Shown here: one piece after another, positions 46,036 through 59,240 of the stretch | Layout: the number at the start of each line of letters is the position of its first letter | Numbering within the stretch: position 1 is the first letter of the stretch | Assembly (NCBI GenBank): GCA_002269645.1 | Contig: NIVC01000319.1 | Span: forward strand, 1 to 64,000 | Source of the DNA: Macrostomum lignano | Lineage: Eukaryota | Reading direction: 5' to 3' | DNA length: 64,000 nt | The notes under the pieces: generated by a model | Seen by the model: only the letters and a program-made list of their open reading frames with translations | Database searches by the model: none | Told to the model about the DNA's origin: nothing | Program-made: the position numbers and the translations under genes

Positions 46036-47344
46036 GCCAAAGAAGTTGAAAAAAGAAAAAACTGATCTGAAATTGTTTTTGGATTTCGCAAGTGGCATTA
46101 CTGCATGTGTTGCCTGCTCTAGGCTGGGCTTGTAGCTTTGAAGCAGTGCTTGGGATATTTTGCTGTTCACAGTTTGAAGTTTTAGATAAATTTTTGGTTT
46201 GATCAAAGAGGTAGGCAATAAAATCCGACAGTCTACACACAAGTAGTTCCCATTATTCATATTCAATGATATTCAGAAATTATATTTTTAATCTTTGTAT
46301 CTGCGCCGTTACTGAACTAGCCGTAATTGACAACCGTTTGATTTTTAGCTCACCGCTTTTGATGCATCGCAAAGCTTATATCACTACGGATCCGTTTTAG
46401 ATGATAAAATATTGTAGAAGTCCCAATATTTATTTACTCCTGCATCCAAATATATGGTAATTTTCCAGCTTTGTTATCTGGGCGTCAGAAATTTATTCAG
46501 AACTTTATTCACCGTACTCACGTTATTAGCCTGGCTAATCTAATAAACTCATTTTTCCATGAGTGGTGCATAACTTGATGTGGAAACTTGATTGAGGTGT
46601 CAGTGTACCTGTGGTCAACGTGTCAACTAATTGTTTTGCTGCTTACATTCTGGGGCAAAAAGTTCACATGACCGAGGACCGCACACTTCGCAGGCTTGGT
46701 GTTATTTTCACTAAGCTCAAGATCAACGTTTTTTTGACCAGCAAGGGTTTTTTTCGTGAATTTTCCGAGTTCGTGACGCCCACTGTTTTTGACGGTGTAA
46801 AATTTGCAGCGAGTGAATGCAAACCGCATCTGATAATCAAAAGCCAGTTTTGATTCAAGTCAGTTAGCTTTGGAACCCTAGAACTCCAAGCCATGGTCAC
46901 TGTCGGAGCATCCACAATAACCGTAGGAGTAATAAGCCATTTCCCCCATTAGAACTACCAAGGGGGGGCAAGCACACGAAATTCAAGAACTCAACTATTT
47001 GTTGCGCACCTTCTCGAACAAGAACCGAACCGCCAGCCGTCCGGACCGTCGATATATTCGACAATTCTGCCAGAAAGTCGGATATTTCCCATAAGCGCCA
47101 GTGAATTCAGTACACCCCTGTGCACCACTAAGCACTGCGCCTTAGTGCAGCCTTGCCAAGCCTCCAATTTTCATCAGCATGTCAACCACATGTGTCTGCA
47201 TATATCAGCTCTGACTTCGTTGGTCACTGGCCTTTTCCGTGGTGGAGCTTCTGGACCTTCAACAGGTGGCACCAGGTGACTATGAATACCGCCCTGATGC
47301 GAATTTCTCGCGTTTCGCTGATCAAGCCTCGACAGTGGGGAAAC

Positions 47345-48025
47345 CTCAAATGCTAGAAATTCTCAGCTGGTCTCTCAAGCATTCCGTCATCACCCCAACA
47401 CAGTCGGCACATTCGAAAGGGAATCTCGGGAATTAGGGCCTCTGCCGACCTCCATTGCGAGACGCAGATGCTCCCATCCGCGTCCTCCGGTACAATAGGC
47501 AACTGCCGCTTCAGTTATTGCTGGCCTCCCGACGCCCAGAGCATCTTTGCCACCAACTTTCCAACAGCCGGTGGCTCCACGTTGGCGCATGAAACCGGCA
47601 CCACATTTTGACGCCTCCTGACAGCCAGTCGCCGCCCGGGTGGTCCTTGACGTCGCGGCAGCCTGGGACAGGGCGAGGTGAGCACAATATGCGCCTATCG
47701 TGTGAGACTGCATCGACTGCCTTTCAGACTCTGCGCCCCGCTATCTGCGAGTCCGAGCGGTTGTTGCCACGCGGCACCCGCTGCCTACTAGCTCAGCGGC
47801 GCTCAGACCTCAGCCCCATGCTTTGTGGCTACCACGGCTGAACCCTGAGACCGCCCGGACTGCGGCGCGGCCTCGCACGACAGCCTATATCTGTTGAACT
47901 GCCCTATCTGCTCATCCGACCGAGCTGGAGCCTGCCGATCTCTGGCGCAGCCCATTTGAAGCCGTGCAGTTTCTGATGCTGCGCGATCGGCATGAACCCT
48001 GCGAGGGAATTAGCAACAGCAAAAA
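47345..48025 (+). mobile_element. Highly decayed 3' fragment of an I/Jockey-group-like LINE
   Basis: LPRGTRCLLAQRRS, DCGAASHDSLYLLNCP (C-terminal Zn knuckle), LEPADLWRSPFEAVQFL, then a CAA/A-rich tail. Confidence 0.6.
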
Positions 48026-48539
48026 CTTAGCAAAGTAATCAACAAATCAAATGTCCGTGGGTTGAAGTTAGTTTGACTTGTCTAAGTTCTATTTTTCAAC
48101 TGCACTTGCATATAAGCCCAGCCTTTGTAGTGCAGCTTGCGTGTGGTCTTGCGAGTCGAGACTGAACAACTGCTATCGACTCGGGACTTCTGCCTGCTGC
48201 TGGAGCAAAAACAATTTAATCCATGGGCTCTTGAGTTTATAGCAATTGTACTCGTAGCTACGAGCTCAGTGGAGCGCAGGGGCCTGGGAAAGGGTTGCTT
48301 GATTTTATTATCAGCAATTGAATTCGAACCCCAAATCATGGATATTGCCCAACACCCATGGCTATTGGCCTGCGGTGATTATTCGCAACAAAACAATTTA
48401 GTAAATTGCGTGGTGTTTTGAAGTTTGGTTGGGTCAGGGAGGCCTAACAGTAACACCAGCGGACTGGAAGCCAGCGAACTGACGCTTATGTAGAAAGGAT
48501 AGAAATTTAAGATGGGTAAATGTGATGTTAATGTTTGAT

Positions 48540-48712
48540 ATTTTCCTGATGTTGACCCGATATTAATCTGATGTTGACCTCATGTTAATCTGATGTTGAC
48601 CTGATGGTATCTGATGTTGACCTGATGGTATCTGATGTTGACCTGATGGTATCTGATGTTGACCTGATGGTATCTGATGTTGACCTGATGGTATCTGATG
48701 TTGACCTGATGT
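48540..48712. repeat. 21-bp tandem repeat (GATGTTGACCTGATGGTATCT) at the end of unit 2
   Basis: About five near-perfect copies plus degenerate GATGTT(G/A)ACCT flanks. Confidence 0.9.
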
Positions 48713-48869
48713 ACAGTACCTAAAGTTCAAGAAGTCCGATTCTTCATTGTCTATGGCCGTTAAGTCAGAATCATCGAGGCGCTCTTCTTCTTTCTTGATC
48801 AATCACTGATCAACCGCGAACTCCAGTGGCCCACACAGAGATTTTTCTATTCGATTTTCTTGTGCATGC

Positions 48870-49811
48870 ATGGCATTGAATGCCGCCAATGCAACGCTGA
48901 CCAGCGAGGCTGAATACCCATTTCATACAGCTGTGCTGACAGCTTGCTACTTGGTTGGAGCTCTGCAGATCGGCTTCTACGGATTCTACATCCTGTTCAT
49001 GGGCATGGACTCCGTGTTCAATGCCAGTCGCGCATTCGACTACGAGGACTTTGACTGCCAGAGGAAAGCGGTGCCGCAGGGCAGCGAAGAGCTGGAGAAC
49101 AATGCCAACTCCAGGCGCGTCGGACCAGACGAGGCGACGGTAGCGACGACCGCCTCCGCCACTGCCTCCCCCACCGCCTCCGCCACCGCTAACGAGGAGG
49201 CGTACGACAACAACAGCAACTACGGTGGCAAGAAAGTTGTCGAGGACGAACTGGTTCAGCAGCAGGATGAAACGGATGTTGGAGACGGCGATGGAGGAGC
49301 CGGCAGCAGCAGCAGCAGTCGCCGGCATGTCGGTCGGGCGAGCTCCAGACGCCTTGGCCGAAGCAGTGGAGGCAACGCCGCAATGGCAGTTCGAGGAGGT
49401 CGGGGCTTTGCGACCCGAGGCCCGCTATACCGCCTCATGCAGTCCTGCTCCTGCATGCTGGTCTACAAGTCCGACGATGAAGAGGATGAGGAGGATGATG
49501 ATGGAAGCGGCTGCGGATTCGAAGATCAGGAGGAAACCGACGACGAGAGCAGCAGCTATGATTCCGACTCGGACAGCTGCTCGGACAATGGCAGTAGCGG
49601 GCAAGGATCGAAGGACCGGGCTGATGGCGACGCGACGGCCACCGCGGCTGCAGTGGCGACTCCAGCCACTGCGGCATCTGCTGCGCCTTGCCCTTCGGGG
49701 CGGCCACATCAGCATCGAAAAAGGGCCGATTTTCGAAAGACGGCCTGTGCCAAGCGACATTCAAACGGTCGGCAGGCTCGGCATCAGCACCAGCGCAGCA
49801 GCCACTGCTGA
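48870..49811 (+). CDS. Orphan single-pass membrane protein, copy 2 (313 aa)
   Basis: Near-identical to 10406-11347, same length. Confidence 0.7.
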   Translation: MALNAANATLTSEAEYPFHTAVLTACYLVGALQIGFYGFYILFMGMDSVFNASRAFDYEDFDCQRKAVPQGSEELENNANSRRVGPDEATVATTASATASPTASATANEEAYDNNSNYGGKKVVEDELVQQQDETDVGDGDGGAGSSSSSRRHVGRASSRRLGRSSGGNAAMAVRGGRGFATRGPLYRLMQSCSCMLVYKSDDEEDEEDDDGSGCGFEDQEETDDESSSYDSDSDSCSDNGSSGQGSKDRADGDATATAAAVATPATAASAAPCPSGRPHQHRKRADFRKTACAKRHSNGRQARHQHQRSSHC

Positions 49812-50013
49812 GTTATCGCCCAGAGAGAAAGTTAAATTGGCGAACTCAAAGTAGAAAAAAACTGTTGGATAGTGACTTCTACAAGTATGCGTAGCAACAG
49901 TAATTCAATAGGCGTTGGCTCTCTCACTCGTGTTAACATAATCAATAAATAAATACTCGATTGAACCCAATTTGGGCCCAGGTGTTAATTGATAATCTTG
50001 TTCTCTGGTTCAG

Positions 50014-50316
50014 TCTAGGGGGTTTTAGCCTAGTGGTTAGAGCGTCGGACTCACGACTTGAAGGTCGAGGGGGTTCGATTCCCGATCCCATTGGAACAAT
50101 TTGTGTTCTTGAGTAAGACACTTAACTCTGCATTGTTTCGGTTCACTCAGCTGTAAAATGGGTGCCAGCATTAGCTGGGGTAATTGAGACCCCCCAGTCC
50201 TTGGACTGAACAGCCGTACGCAGCCTTCAGATGCGCCGCGCATGCTGCGGTTGAGCTGTCGGTTGCACATCTGGCCAATAGGGGCAGGTGTAATCATAGT
50301 GTTATTATTATTATTA
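50014..50316 (+). mobile_element. Intact tRNA-derived SINE with CORE-like domain and 13-bp TSD
   Basis: A box TAGCCTAGTGG, B box GGTTCGATTCC, TGTGTTCTTGAGTAAGACACTTAAC...CAGCTGTAAAATGGG, (TTA)n tail; TSD TTCTCTGGTTCAG at 50001-50013 and 50317-50329. Confidence 0.85.
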
Positions 50317-51604
50317 TTCTCTGGTTCAGGTTTGCAAAAATCAGACCCAGTAACTAAAAACAAATATTGCCAGATCAAAACTAGTAAAAAGCGAAGTAAA
50401 ACTCTATTAGTTTACTTTATCAGTAGTAATATTGTCAGGTTGCTCGTTCTGTCTCTGAAAGACAGAAATAAAATTCCAAAGGTGTAGGCTATATAAGTTT
50501 GTTGCTGTCATTCGTCCACCGCCCTTCTTACTTAGCCAACGGAATAGATTATTTTTACCTGCAGATAGCTGCAGTCCAGTTAGCAAATGATAAAGTTGCT
50601 TGCGATGTGTTTAGATAGATATGGCGCCATCTTCAGTGTGAAAGATGGAGCTGTTTTGTTACCAGTAAGTTCTGTCCCTATTGACAGCTAGTCTGTGGAG
50701 TGTACTTTCTGTGCACACTGCAACAGCTGAAGCTACAAGTGGTTTTAGAGCTAGACGCTCAGAATTCTCTCACTAGTTAAATTACGAGTATTATATTCAG
50801 AATAAAAAACAGAGCACATTTCCCTTGCTTTGAAGACTCTACCCTTCTCGAATTATGCCAGTATATTTTGCGTACTCGACTAGCTAAAGAAGGTCTGCAT
50901 TATGTAAGTTACGAGTTACGTATTTCCACGTCAATCTATGATAACTTACAACGTGGAATGTTTTTATTAGCACCTTTGTCATCTCGTTTCGACATTTCGT
51001 AGCACAGCTGCCAGAATACTGGTAAACTAGATATGTTCCTCGCAAATATTGAAAAAGCAGAGTCTACTTTTTCCGTGGTTGTCTGCGCAGTGTCACGTAA
51101 ATTTGACGCATTGTGACGTATCTAAGAGTTATTACAGTTTATAAATTATTTTTGACAAGTAGGAGCATATGTCTCTAGAAAAAGTAATTAAAAGTTGTCC
51201 GCTAATGCCATGCAACTTAGAGTGAGGATCACTCTCTTGCGCGTTGTGACTGAGACGAAAACGTTCTATCGAAAATTTGAACAAAACCTTAATTATCGTT
51301 CGAACGGATGTTGGGGCAGTGGAGATGCAGGGGCAAAGGGGTGTTAGGGCAGAGGGGTTGTTGAGGCAGAGGGGGAGGGGGTGTTATGGCGCAAAGTTAT
51401 AGTAATATTAATAGATAGTTAATTGCATCTTTAAAATTAATTAGCAGAAAAATGAGAATATTTACGAGTAGTCAGTTTCGTTCTGACCAACTCTCCCGCT
51501 AAACAGGCTGAAAAACGTACCCGAAATCAGTTCTCTGAGCTAGTGCAGACAAGCAATTCATACCTTCAAGCAATCATTTTCCCTTTCAGAAACTGGCGAT
51601 CCCC

Positions 51605-54600
51605 ATGACTCGGCTGTTCTCAACGCTTAAGCTGGTGCTGTTGCTGGCATTCCTGGTTCTGCCATCGCAACCAGCTGCAGCTCAAACTCAACCGACACTT
51701 CCGCTTGGTCAAGCCCGCAACTTTACCATCAGCTCTAAAGGCGCACTCGAAGTTCTTGTGAAATATACTCAGCCTGAAAATGAAACTGTGGCACTTCGAT
51801 TGGAGACGACCAGCTACTCGAATGCGTCACTTCTTGTGGTCGTCAGGCAGCAACTGATACTGCACACCTGGTTGTTGCCTTACACCTTTGTTGATGTGAG
51901 CAGCACTGGCGAACAGAGCGCTGTAGAGAGCTTCCAGTCGGTGACCAGGACCATCTGCCCACCGCATCTGAGTACTCAGACACCTGATCAGCAGCAGCAG
52001 CAGCAGCAGGTGTATCTGAGGGTGACTACCGAGTCAGCTGCGCTCGTCACTGTGAGTGCTAGAGCTCAACTCGCTTCGAATTTTCGACTGTCGCTTGGAG
52101 AGCCGGTCCAGGTTCTGCTGCAGCCGTCCGGTCCGCAGCTTTTCTTCTTCGACTTCGACTCAGGCCGAGCAAACTTCACGGAACTGAGAGCCGTCCGCAT
52201 TCTGGTCGAGTCGAACGACTCCGCATGCGGTTTGGTGTCCGTGCAGAGAAGCCGCTGCCCCGCTGATCAGGTGCCGCCGTCCGTGCTCCAGCGAGGCTTC
52301 AGACAGACGCTGCTGTCCAGCTCCGTCATCTTGATGAGGCGCGACGAGTTTAATTCCAGCTTCCTTGTGGTGCTGACGGCGTTTCCGGACAACCGAAACT
52401 GCCTTGCCAACTGGGAGCAGCAGCAGCGACAGCGGTTTTCCAGCAAGAGCGTCACGATCAAGGTTGAGCAGATCGCCATGCCCGACTCGGCAGAGTGGGC
52501 ACTTGTTGATTTGACTTTTCTTTTAGGCTTTATAGACTGCGCTGTGGCGATACTTGTGGCTATTATTTTTTATGATCAAAGCTGCAAACCAAAATTTTTG
52601 AGCATATTACTTCTAGTATCTTTCTACTTCTCTGTGATAAGTTTCGCACTTTCCTTCGTTGTTTTGCTTTTTTGGTTTTTCAAAAAGCTACTTTGTTTCT
52701 TAATCTTGCTTGTTTCAGGTGTTATCCTGCTCATAGTTGCTGTTATTGGATACCTGTTTGGGAATTGGTCCGAGAATGGGTATGATCCAATTGTAGGGGA
52801 TTCTTGTAATCGTCATGTTATTCCTTGTGGCTGCGGATGCCATTGCAATTGCAGTTTCAGCTTGTACTGCATGCACTGCCATTGCTGCGGCAGCGACGAG
52901 CTCGAACCTCCTGAGAATATCAATGCTGTCGCCGACCATGCCGAACGTCCTGAGAATAACGATGCTGTCGCCGACCATGCCGAACGTCCTGAGAATAACG
53001 ATGCTGTCGCCGACCATGCCGAACGTCCTGAGAATAACGATGCTGTCGCCGACCATGCCGAACGTCCTGAGAATAATGATGCTGTCGCCGACCATGCCGA
53101 ACGTCCTGAGAATAACGATGCTGTCGCCGACCATGCCGAACGTCCTGAGAATAACGATGCTGTCGCCGACCATGCCGAACGTCCTGAGAATAATGATGCT
53201 GTCGCCGACCATGCCGAACGTCCTGAGAATAACGATGCTGTCGCCGACCATGCCGAACGTCCTGAGAATAACGATGCTGTCGCCGACCATGCCGAACGTC
53301 CTGAGAATAACGATGCTGTCGCCGACCATGCCGAACGTCCTGAGAATAACGATGCTGTCGCCGACCATGCCAATCTCAATGCTGACAATCAAGGACAGTC
53401 AGAAAGCCAGCATGCAAGCCTCGTGATGCAGCTGACGGCTATAGCTATTTTCTACTGCCTGCCAGTTTTTCAGCTGGTGCTGCTCCAGCAGAACTCAATC
53501 AGCTCCTTCGGAAACTTGGATGAGTGCTACTATAATTTCAAGTGCCGCTTTTATGTAAAAACAGAGCTGACGACATTTTTTGCATTCAACAATGCGGTAT
53601 CGAATGTGGGCTACGTAACGGCCGGAATAGTGTTCATGGTGGTTGTCTTTTGGAAGCAACTTTTCCTTGACAAAGAAAAGGTGAGATTGTTGGTTAGCCA
53701 GTTACCCTAAGTACATTTGAACTTTAAAACAAAGTTGTTGCCCTTAAGTATACTTTTTTCTACCCTCCGGCAGTGCGGACTAAAGCTACCAAATGCTTTT
53801 GCGTCTTATCTACTTTAGATCACCATTCCTCGCTGCTACTCAGCTCACTACGCTGCCGGTCTGGCGCTGGCCATGGAGGGCGTGCTCTCTGCCTGCTACC
53901 ACATCTGCCCGTCTCACAACACCTTCCAGTTCGACACGACCTTCATGATCATGCTTTCCAGCATGCTGGGCCTGGCTGTCTACAGCAAGCGGCACCTCAG
54001 CTCCGGCTCGGTCGCCAACGTCACCTTCGTTGCGTTGGGCGTCACGGTGCTGGTGAACTCGCTGGGCATTCTGTTCTCCTTGGTTAGCCGAGAATTCGTG
54101 TTTAGCCTGCTGGGTGTTGTGCTGCTGCTGCTGGCGATCGTTTCAGGCTTCATGCTGATTTTTGCTTTGATCGTTCGGAAAAAGCAATTTTGTCAGCATT
54201 TTCTTACGTTCTTAGCTGCTTTTGTCTGCTTTGCTGCTGGAATCGCCAGTTTTCTAGTTGGATTTCTATTTGAACATGTTCTATTTGCATATTTCCTTCT
54301 ATTCGTGACTGCCGGATCTGCAGTTCTATACTTCCTTTATTACTGCATTCGAAAGTTCTGCAGGAAGACCAGACCCAGGATTATTATGTCGTTTGGAAAG
54401 CTCCGTTGTGGAGGAACTGCTGTGGTCTTTTTTTTCCTGCTTTTTTTCGGCCTTTTAATCCTGGCCGTAGTCTATTTCTTCAAAGCTCCAACCGATTGGC
54501 AAGGCAGCCCGGCTGAGTCGCGAGACTTCAACAGCGACTGCTCGGGGCGTCTTTTTGGCCTGCCGTTCGACCAGCACGACCTGTGGCATCTGATCGGCTC

Positions 54601-54688
54601 GCAGGCCCTGCTCTGCCTGCTGCTCTTCGTTCTCTTCATGGACTTCGACGAAGAGCGAAAGAAGCTCGCGGAAGACCGGATTTTCTGA
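51605..54688 (+). CDS. SID-1/SIDT-family paralog 3, intact 2-exon CDS
   Basis: Exons 51605-53680 and 53819-54688, phase 0, open throughout; SACYHICP, FQFDTTFM, SPAESRDFNSDC, FDQHDLWH retained. Confidence 0.92.
52931..53370 (+). repeat. Coding 39-bp tandem repeat x11 (ADHAERPENNDAV)
   Basis: Near-perfect units, preceded by one degenerate unit (SDELEPPENINAV). Confidence 0.95.
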
Positions 54689-55646
54689 GCCAAAGAAGTT
54701 CATCCATGAAGCGAAGATGATCTGAAATTATGTTTTGGAAGCAGCATAAGCTACTGCATGTGTAGCATGCTCTAGGCTTTGGTTTGCCACTTTGAAGCAG
54801 TGCTTGGGGAGATATTTTGCTGTTCACAGTTAGACTATTCACATAATTTTTTGGTTTAAACAAAGAGGTCGGCAACAAAATCCGACAGCCTACAAGTAAC
54901 TCGCGTTATTCTTATTCAATGTTATAATTGGAAACTATATTTTTAATCATTGCCTCTGCGCCGTTTCTTAAGTAGCTGTAGTATCCAACCGTTTAATTTG
55001 TAGCTCACGTTTTAATGTTTCTGACATCGCCTATTAAAATGAACTTAAAAATATTTCTGATGAAAAATTCCTCTAGAATTCCTCATATTTATCTCTTCCT
55101 GTATTCAAATATACGATTGTATGATTTTTAGAATTTTCAATTCAATTTTTTGAGGCTTCGTCATCTGGGCTTCAAAAATCTATTTTTCAGAACTATAATT
55201 CACCGCACACACATACATTAATAGCCTGGCTTTATCTAATAAACTCATTTTCCCCGAGTGGTGCATGATCTGAAGCGGAAATTTGATTGAGGTGTTGGTG
55301 TACCTGTGGTCGACGTGCTAGTTGGTGCCTGTCAAAACTTGTTGTGCTGCTCACATAAATTTTCGAGTTTGTAAAATTTAGAGCTCCTGAATTTTTCGAG
55401 TTTGAGACACGCACGGATTTTCTTATCAGCAATTGAATTTGAACCCACGAATTATTGCTACTGCGCCAAGCCCTGGGGTGATCATTCGCAACAAAACAAG
55501 AAAAAAAACGCGACGGTTTTGAAGGTTGGTTGGATCAGGGACGCCTAAAAGTAGCATCAGCGGACTGGAAGCTAGCGTACTGATGCCAAGGACCATTGTA
55601 GTCCTTCACTGACGCTAGTGTGGAAACAATGAAAACTTAAGATGGG

Positions 55647-56095
55647 TTAACCTGATGTTAACATGCCGTTAATCGGATGTTAACTTGATGTTAACCTGAT
55701 GTTAACATGCCGTTAATCGGAAGTTAACTTGATGTTAACCTGATGTTAACCTGATGCTAACCTGATGTTAACCTGATGTTAACCTGATGTTAACCTGATG
55801 CTAACCTGATGTTAACCTGATGTTAACCTGATGTTAACCTGATGTTAACCTGATGTTAACCTGATGCTAACCTGATGTTAACCTGATGTTAACCTGATGC
55901 TAACCTGATGTTAACCTGATGTTAACCTGATGCTAACCTGATGTTAACCTGATGTTAACCTGATGCTAACCTGATGTTAACCTGATGTTAATCTGATGTT
56001 AACCTGATGTTAACCTGATGTTAACCTGATGCTAACCTGATATTAATCTGACGTTAATCTAATGTTAATCTGATGCTAATTTGATGTTGAGATGA
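55647..56095. repeat. 11-bp satellite (AACCTGATG[T/C]T)n
   Basis: Direct reading, roughly 40 units. Confidence 0.97.
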
Positions 56096-56419
56096 GATGA
56101 GAATCAGTTTTCTACATCTCAACTTTTTCAAGTAGGGTTAAAATTTGCCGACTTTACAAGTTTAAACAAAGAATGGCTTAGATGTGGCGATTGTTTTTCA
56201 GCTTTATAACACAGGTTTTCAGTTATTGAAGATTTTGTGAAGCTGCCATCGTTGCCACTGTGTTTTATTCTACATCTAGAAGTTCCTGACTGGGCCAAAC
56301 CGAAGCAAAGTCTGTTTCTGAAACCGAGTTTTCACAAAGCAGATTTTAATAGTTTTGGTAGTTTTACGAATTACAAAGAAAGGTCACAATTGGTTTACGC
56401 ATTTTGTGAATGGACTCAA

Positions 56420-56655
56420 GTTATGTGAGCCAATCTGTTTAGGTTACCAAGGGACGCGTCAAGATAGATATGATAGTCAACTGTTTGGGCCGAGCAACGT
56501 ACATATATAAGGATACGCAAGTGAGAGAGATAAACAATAAAAGAGTCTGTCTGACTTTTGGACATGACATGACATGACTTTTGGACATGACTTGTAAGGC
56601 AAGGAGCTTCTGGAGTTCTTTCTGGGTCCCAGTGTTGGAAAGCCACATGCAACTT
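56420..56655 (+). repeat. Dispersed repeat, shorter copy of 36605-36970
   Basis: Shared blocks listed for 36605-36970. Confidence 0.65.
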
Positions 56656-56659
56656 TCAT

Positions 56660-58003
56660 TGAACAGAAGTTTTCAACGGTCCACCTCCCGCTGCCGGCTG
56701 CTTGCCTGTCTCGCCTCCAAGGAATGGGGGTGGAGCAAGAAACTCTTGCTTCGCATCTACAAGGCAATGCAACTCAGCATCATCAACTACGCTGCTCCGG
56801 CCTGGCACCCCTGGCTATCTGACTCCGCCTTCAACCAGCTTGAAAGAGCGCAGAACGCCGCCCTCAGCATTGTTACCGGCCAACACGGCAAGACTCTTGT
56901 TGAGGCTCTCAGACTGGAAGCGGGCATCTGCTCCGCCGTCCATACCGGAAGTAACGCCATTTGTCTCGTCGCCTACGAAAGGGCTCTTCGCCTTCCGGCT
57001 TCCCACCCGTGCCACATCGCGGTCACAGGAAACACTCCGTACCGCCTCCGCAGAAGCAGCTGGTGGCATTTGCGCGCGCACTGACGCCCCTCATTAAAGC
57101 GGACACTACACCGCGCGCTACGATTTTCACTGCGCGCCCCGCCCCGTGGGACGCCTCCTTTAGCTTCAACGACGTGCGCATCAGCATGGATCTGCCGGAG
57201 CCTCGCCCAGCGCGCACGGCAGCTGCCACCAACATCATTCGCTTGCTTCCAGGCACAATCACCTGGCCATCGTCACGGTCGACGACCCGGACAACCCGAC
57301 CATTCTGGCCACGCTCCAGCAGCGAGGCGCTCCTCCACCACATCCTTCGAGGAGGAGGTCCAAGCCGCAGCCCTCGCCATCAGCTGACTTAACAAATCCG
57401 CCACCACGGGAGCCACCAATATCTGCATGGATAGCCAGGCCCTCCTCCGATCGCTTGCCAGCGGCAGCCCCAACATCAGGGCCCAGTTGCCAACGCCCAT
57501 CGCCGATATCACCTGGCAATGGGTCCTCGGCCACTAAAATGTCACCGGCAACGAACTGCATGGCTGACCGCTTCGCCAAGGAGGCCACGATGCTGGACCT
57601 CTCTCCCTGCCCAGTCAGATTTTGCAGCGCCAAGAACGTCATTCACCACGCCATTCAGGACCCCCCGATCAGCCACACGACCTCTCGAGTCTCACATACA
57701 GCCATCTCAACTGTCACCTCGAGGAGAACCTCATCAATGAACCAGCCGACGCCGTGCTCCCCGCCAACATCCGTTCGGGGCACTGCCTTCTCTTTCGAGC
57801 CTACCACAGCGTCATCGACCCGTCGGTCGATCCCTTCTGCCTACGCTGCGGTCACCCATGCGACGACCTGGTTCACTGGCTCGACTGCCCGGCCCTCAGC
57901 CACACGACCTCTCGAGTCTCACATACAGCCATCTCAACTGTCACCTCGAGGAGAACCTCATCAATGAACCAGCCGACGCCGTGCTCCCCGCCAACAACAT
58001 AAT
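56660..58003 (+). mobile_element. 5'-truncated, decayed LINE (RT C-terminus, RNase H, Zn knuckle) with a ~100-bp internal duplication
   Basis: LASKEWGW...IYKAMQLSIINYAAPAWHP...LERAQNAALSIVTG...EALRLEAG; ICMDSQALL; WQWVLGH; GNELHG/ADRFAKEA region; CLRCGHPCDDLVHWLDCP. 57670-57770 is repeated at 57897-57998. Confidence 0.8.
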
Positions 58004-58490
58004 GATTTGACATCATTATTACTATGAACCATTAGCACCTTTTTCAAACCAATATTGTATTTGGTAGACTAGGCTTATATCATATTAGGCCTCTGCCTAT
58101 TTTGCTTGAAAAATGAGTAGATTATAAAGTGGAAAGTTGTGCAGGAATATCTACAAAGCTATTTTTCATTGGCCTATATAAAGTTAGAACTTATTTGAAT
58201 TTATTTTAATCATCCAATGCCAATGATTAATGAACAAGCTAGGCCTAGTTATATTAAAAGGTATTTGAATATACAAGTCAAAATTAAACATATATATTTA
58301 GCATTAGCAATAGACTATAAATAAATATAAATTATAAAATTATTCATTTGACTTTTCATTTATTAGCTGAGTACAAATAATAGCTACTTCATGTGGCCTA
58401 TTCTATCTTTTATCTTTATTTTATATGAAGAAGTCCAATTGCCTAAAGGTTAAAGGTTTTGGTCTTATGCCAGTCAGTATAAGTAAACAC

Positions 58491-59240
58491 ATGTTTGGCA
58501 TTGGTTTGGCATGTCCATCTAAGCAATGGCATAGGTTTGGCATGTTTCACATGTCTTTCCAAGCAATGGCATTGGTTTGGCATAGGTTTGGTATGGGTTT
58601 GGCATAGGTTTGGCATGTCTTTGGCATAGGTTTGGCATGGGTTTGGCATGTCCATCCAAGCATTGGTATAGGTTTGGCGTGGGTTTGGCATGTCCATCCA
58701 AGCAATGGCATAGGTTTGGCATGCCCATCTAAGCAATGGCATTGGTTTGGCATAGGTTTGGCATTGGTTTGGCATGTCTTTGGCATGTCCATCCAAGCAA
58801 TGGCATAGGTTTGGCATGGGTTTGGCATGTCTTTGGCATAGGTTTGGCATAGGTTTGGCATGGGTTTGGCATGTCTATCCAAGCAATGGCATAGGTTTGG
58901 CATGCCCATCTAAGCAATGGCATTGGTTTGGCATAGGTTTGGCATTGGTTTGGCATGTCTTTGGCATGTCCATCCAAGCATTGGTATAGGTTTGGCATGG
59001 GTTTGGCATGTCCATCCAAGCAATGGCATAGGTTTGGCATAGGTTTGGCATGTCTATCCAAGCATTGGTATAGGTTTGGCATGTCTTTGGCATAGGTTTG
59101 GCATGGGTTTGGCATAGGTTTGGCATGGGTTTGGCATGTCCATCCAAGCAATGGCATAGGTTTGGCATGCTCATCTAAGCAATGGCATTGGTTTGGCATA
59201 GGTTTGGCATGGGTTTGGCATAGGTTTGGCATGGGTTTGG
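58491..59240 (+). repeat. Complex satellite of 11-bp (GGTTTGGCAT[A/G/T]) and 21-bp (GTCCATCCAAGCAATGGCATA-like) modules
   Basis: Direct reading. Confidence 0.97.

Larger units (their letters stand above)
43110..48715 (+). repeat. Tandem segmental unit 2 (5'-truncated; SIDT-like gene 2 + tail + terminal satellite)
   Basis: Homology to units 1 and 3 starts abruptly at ~43110 inside the 5' intron; 48270-48540 matches 55410-55650. Confidence 0.8.
48715..56095 (+). repeat. Tandem segmental unit 3 (complete: orphan TM gene, SINE, SIDT-like gene 3, tail, satellite)
   Basis: Starts at GTACCTAAAGTTCAAGAAG as unit 1 does (10252); ends in the (AACCTGATGTT)n array. Confidence 0.85.

Noticed and set aside
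50014-50095. tRNA gene candidate
   Set aside because: A and B boxes present but no proper acceptor stem; continues into a SINE body with tail and TSD.
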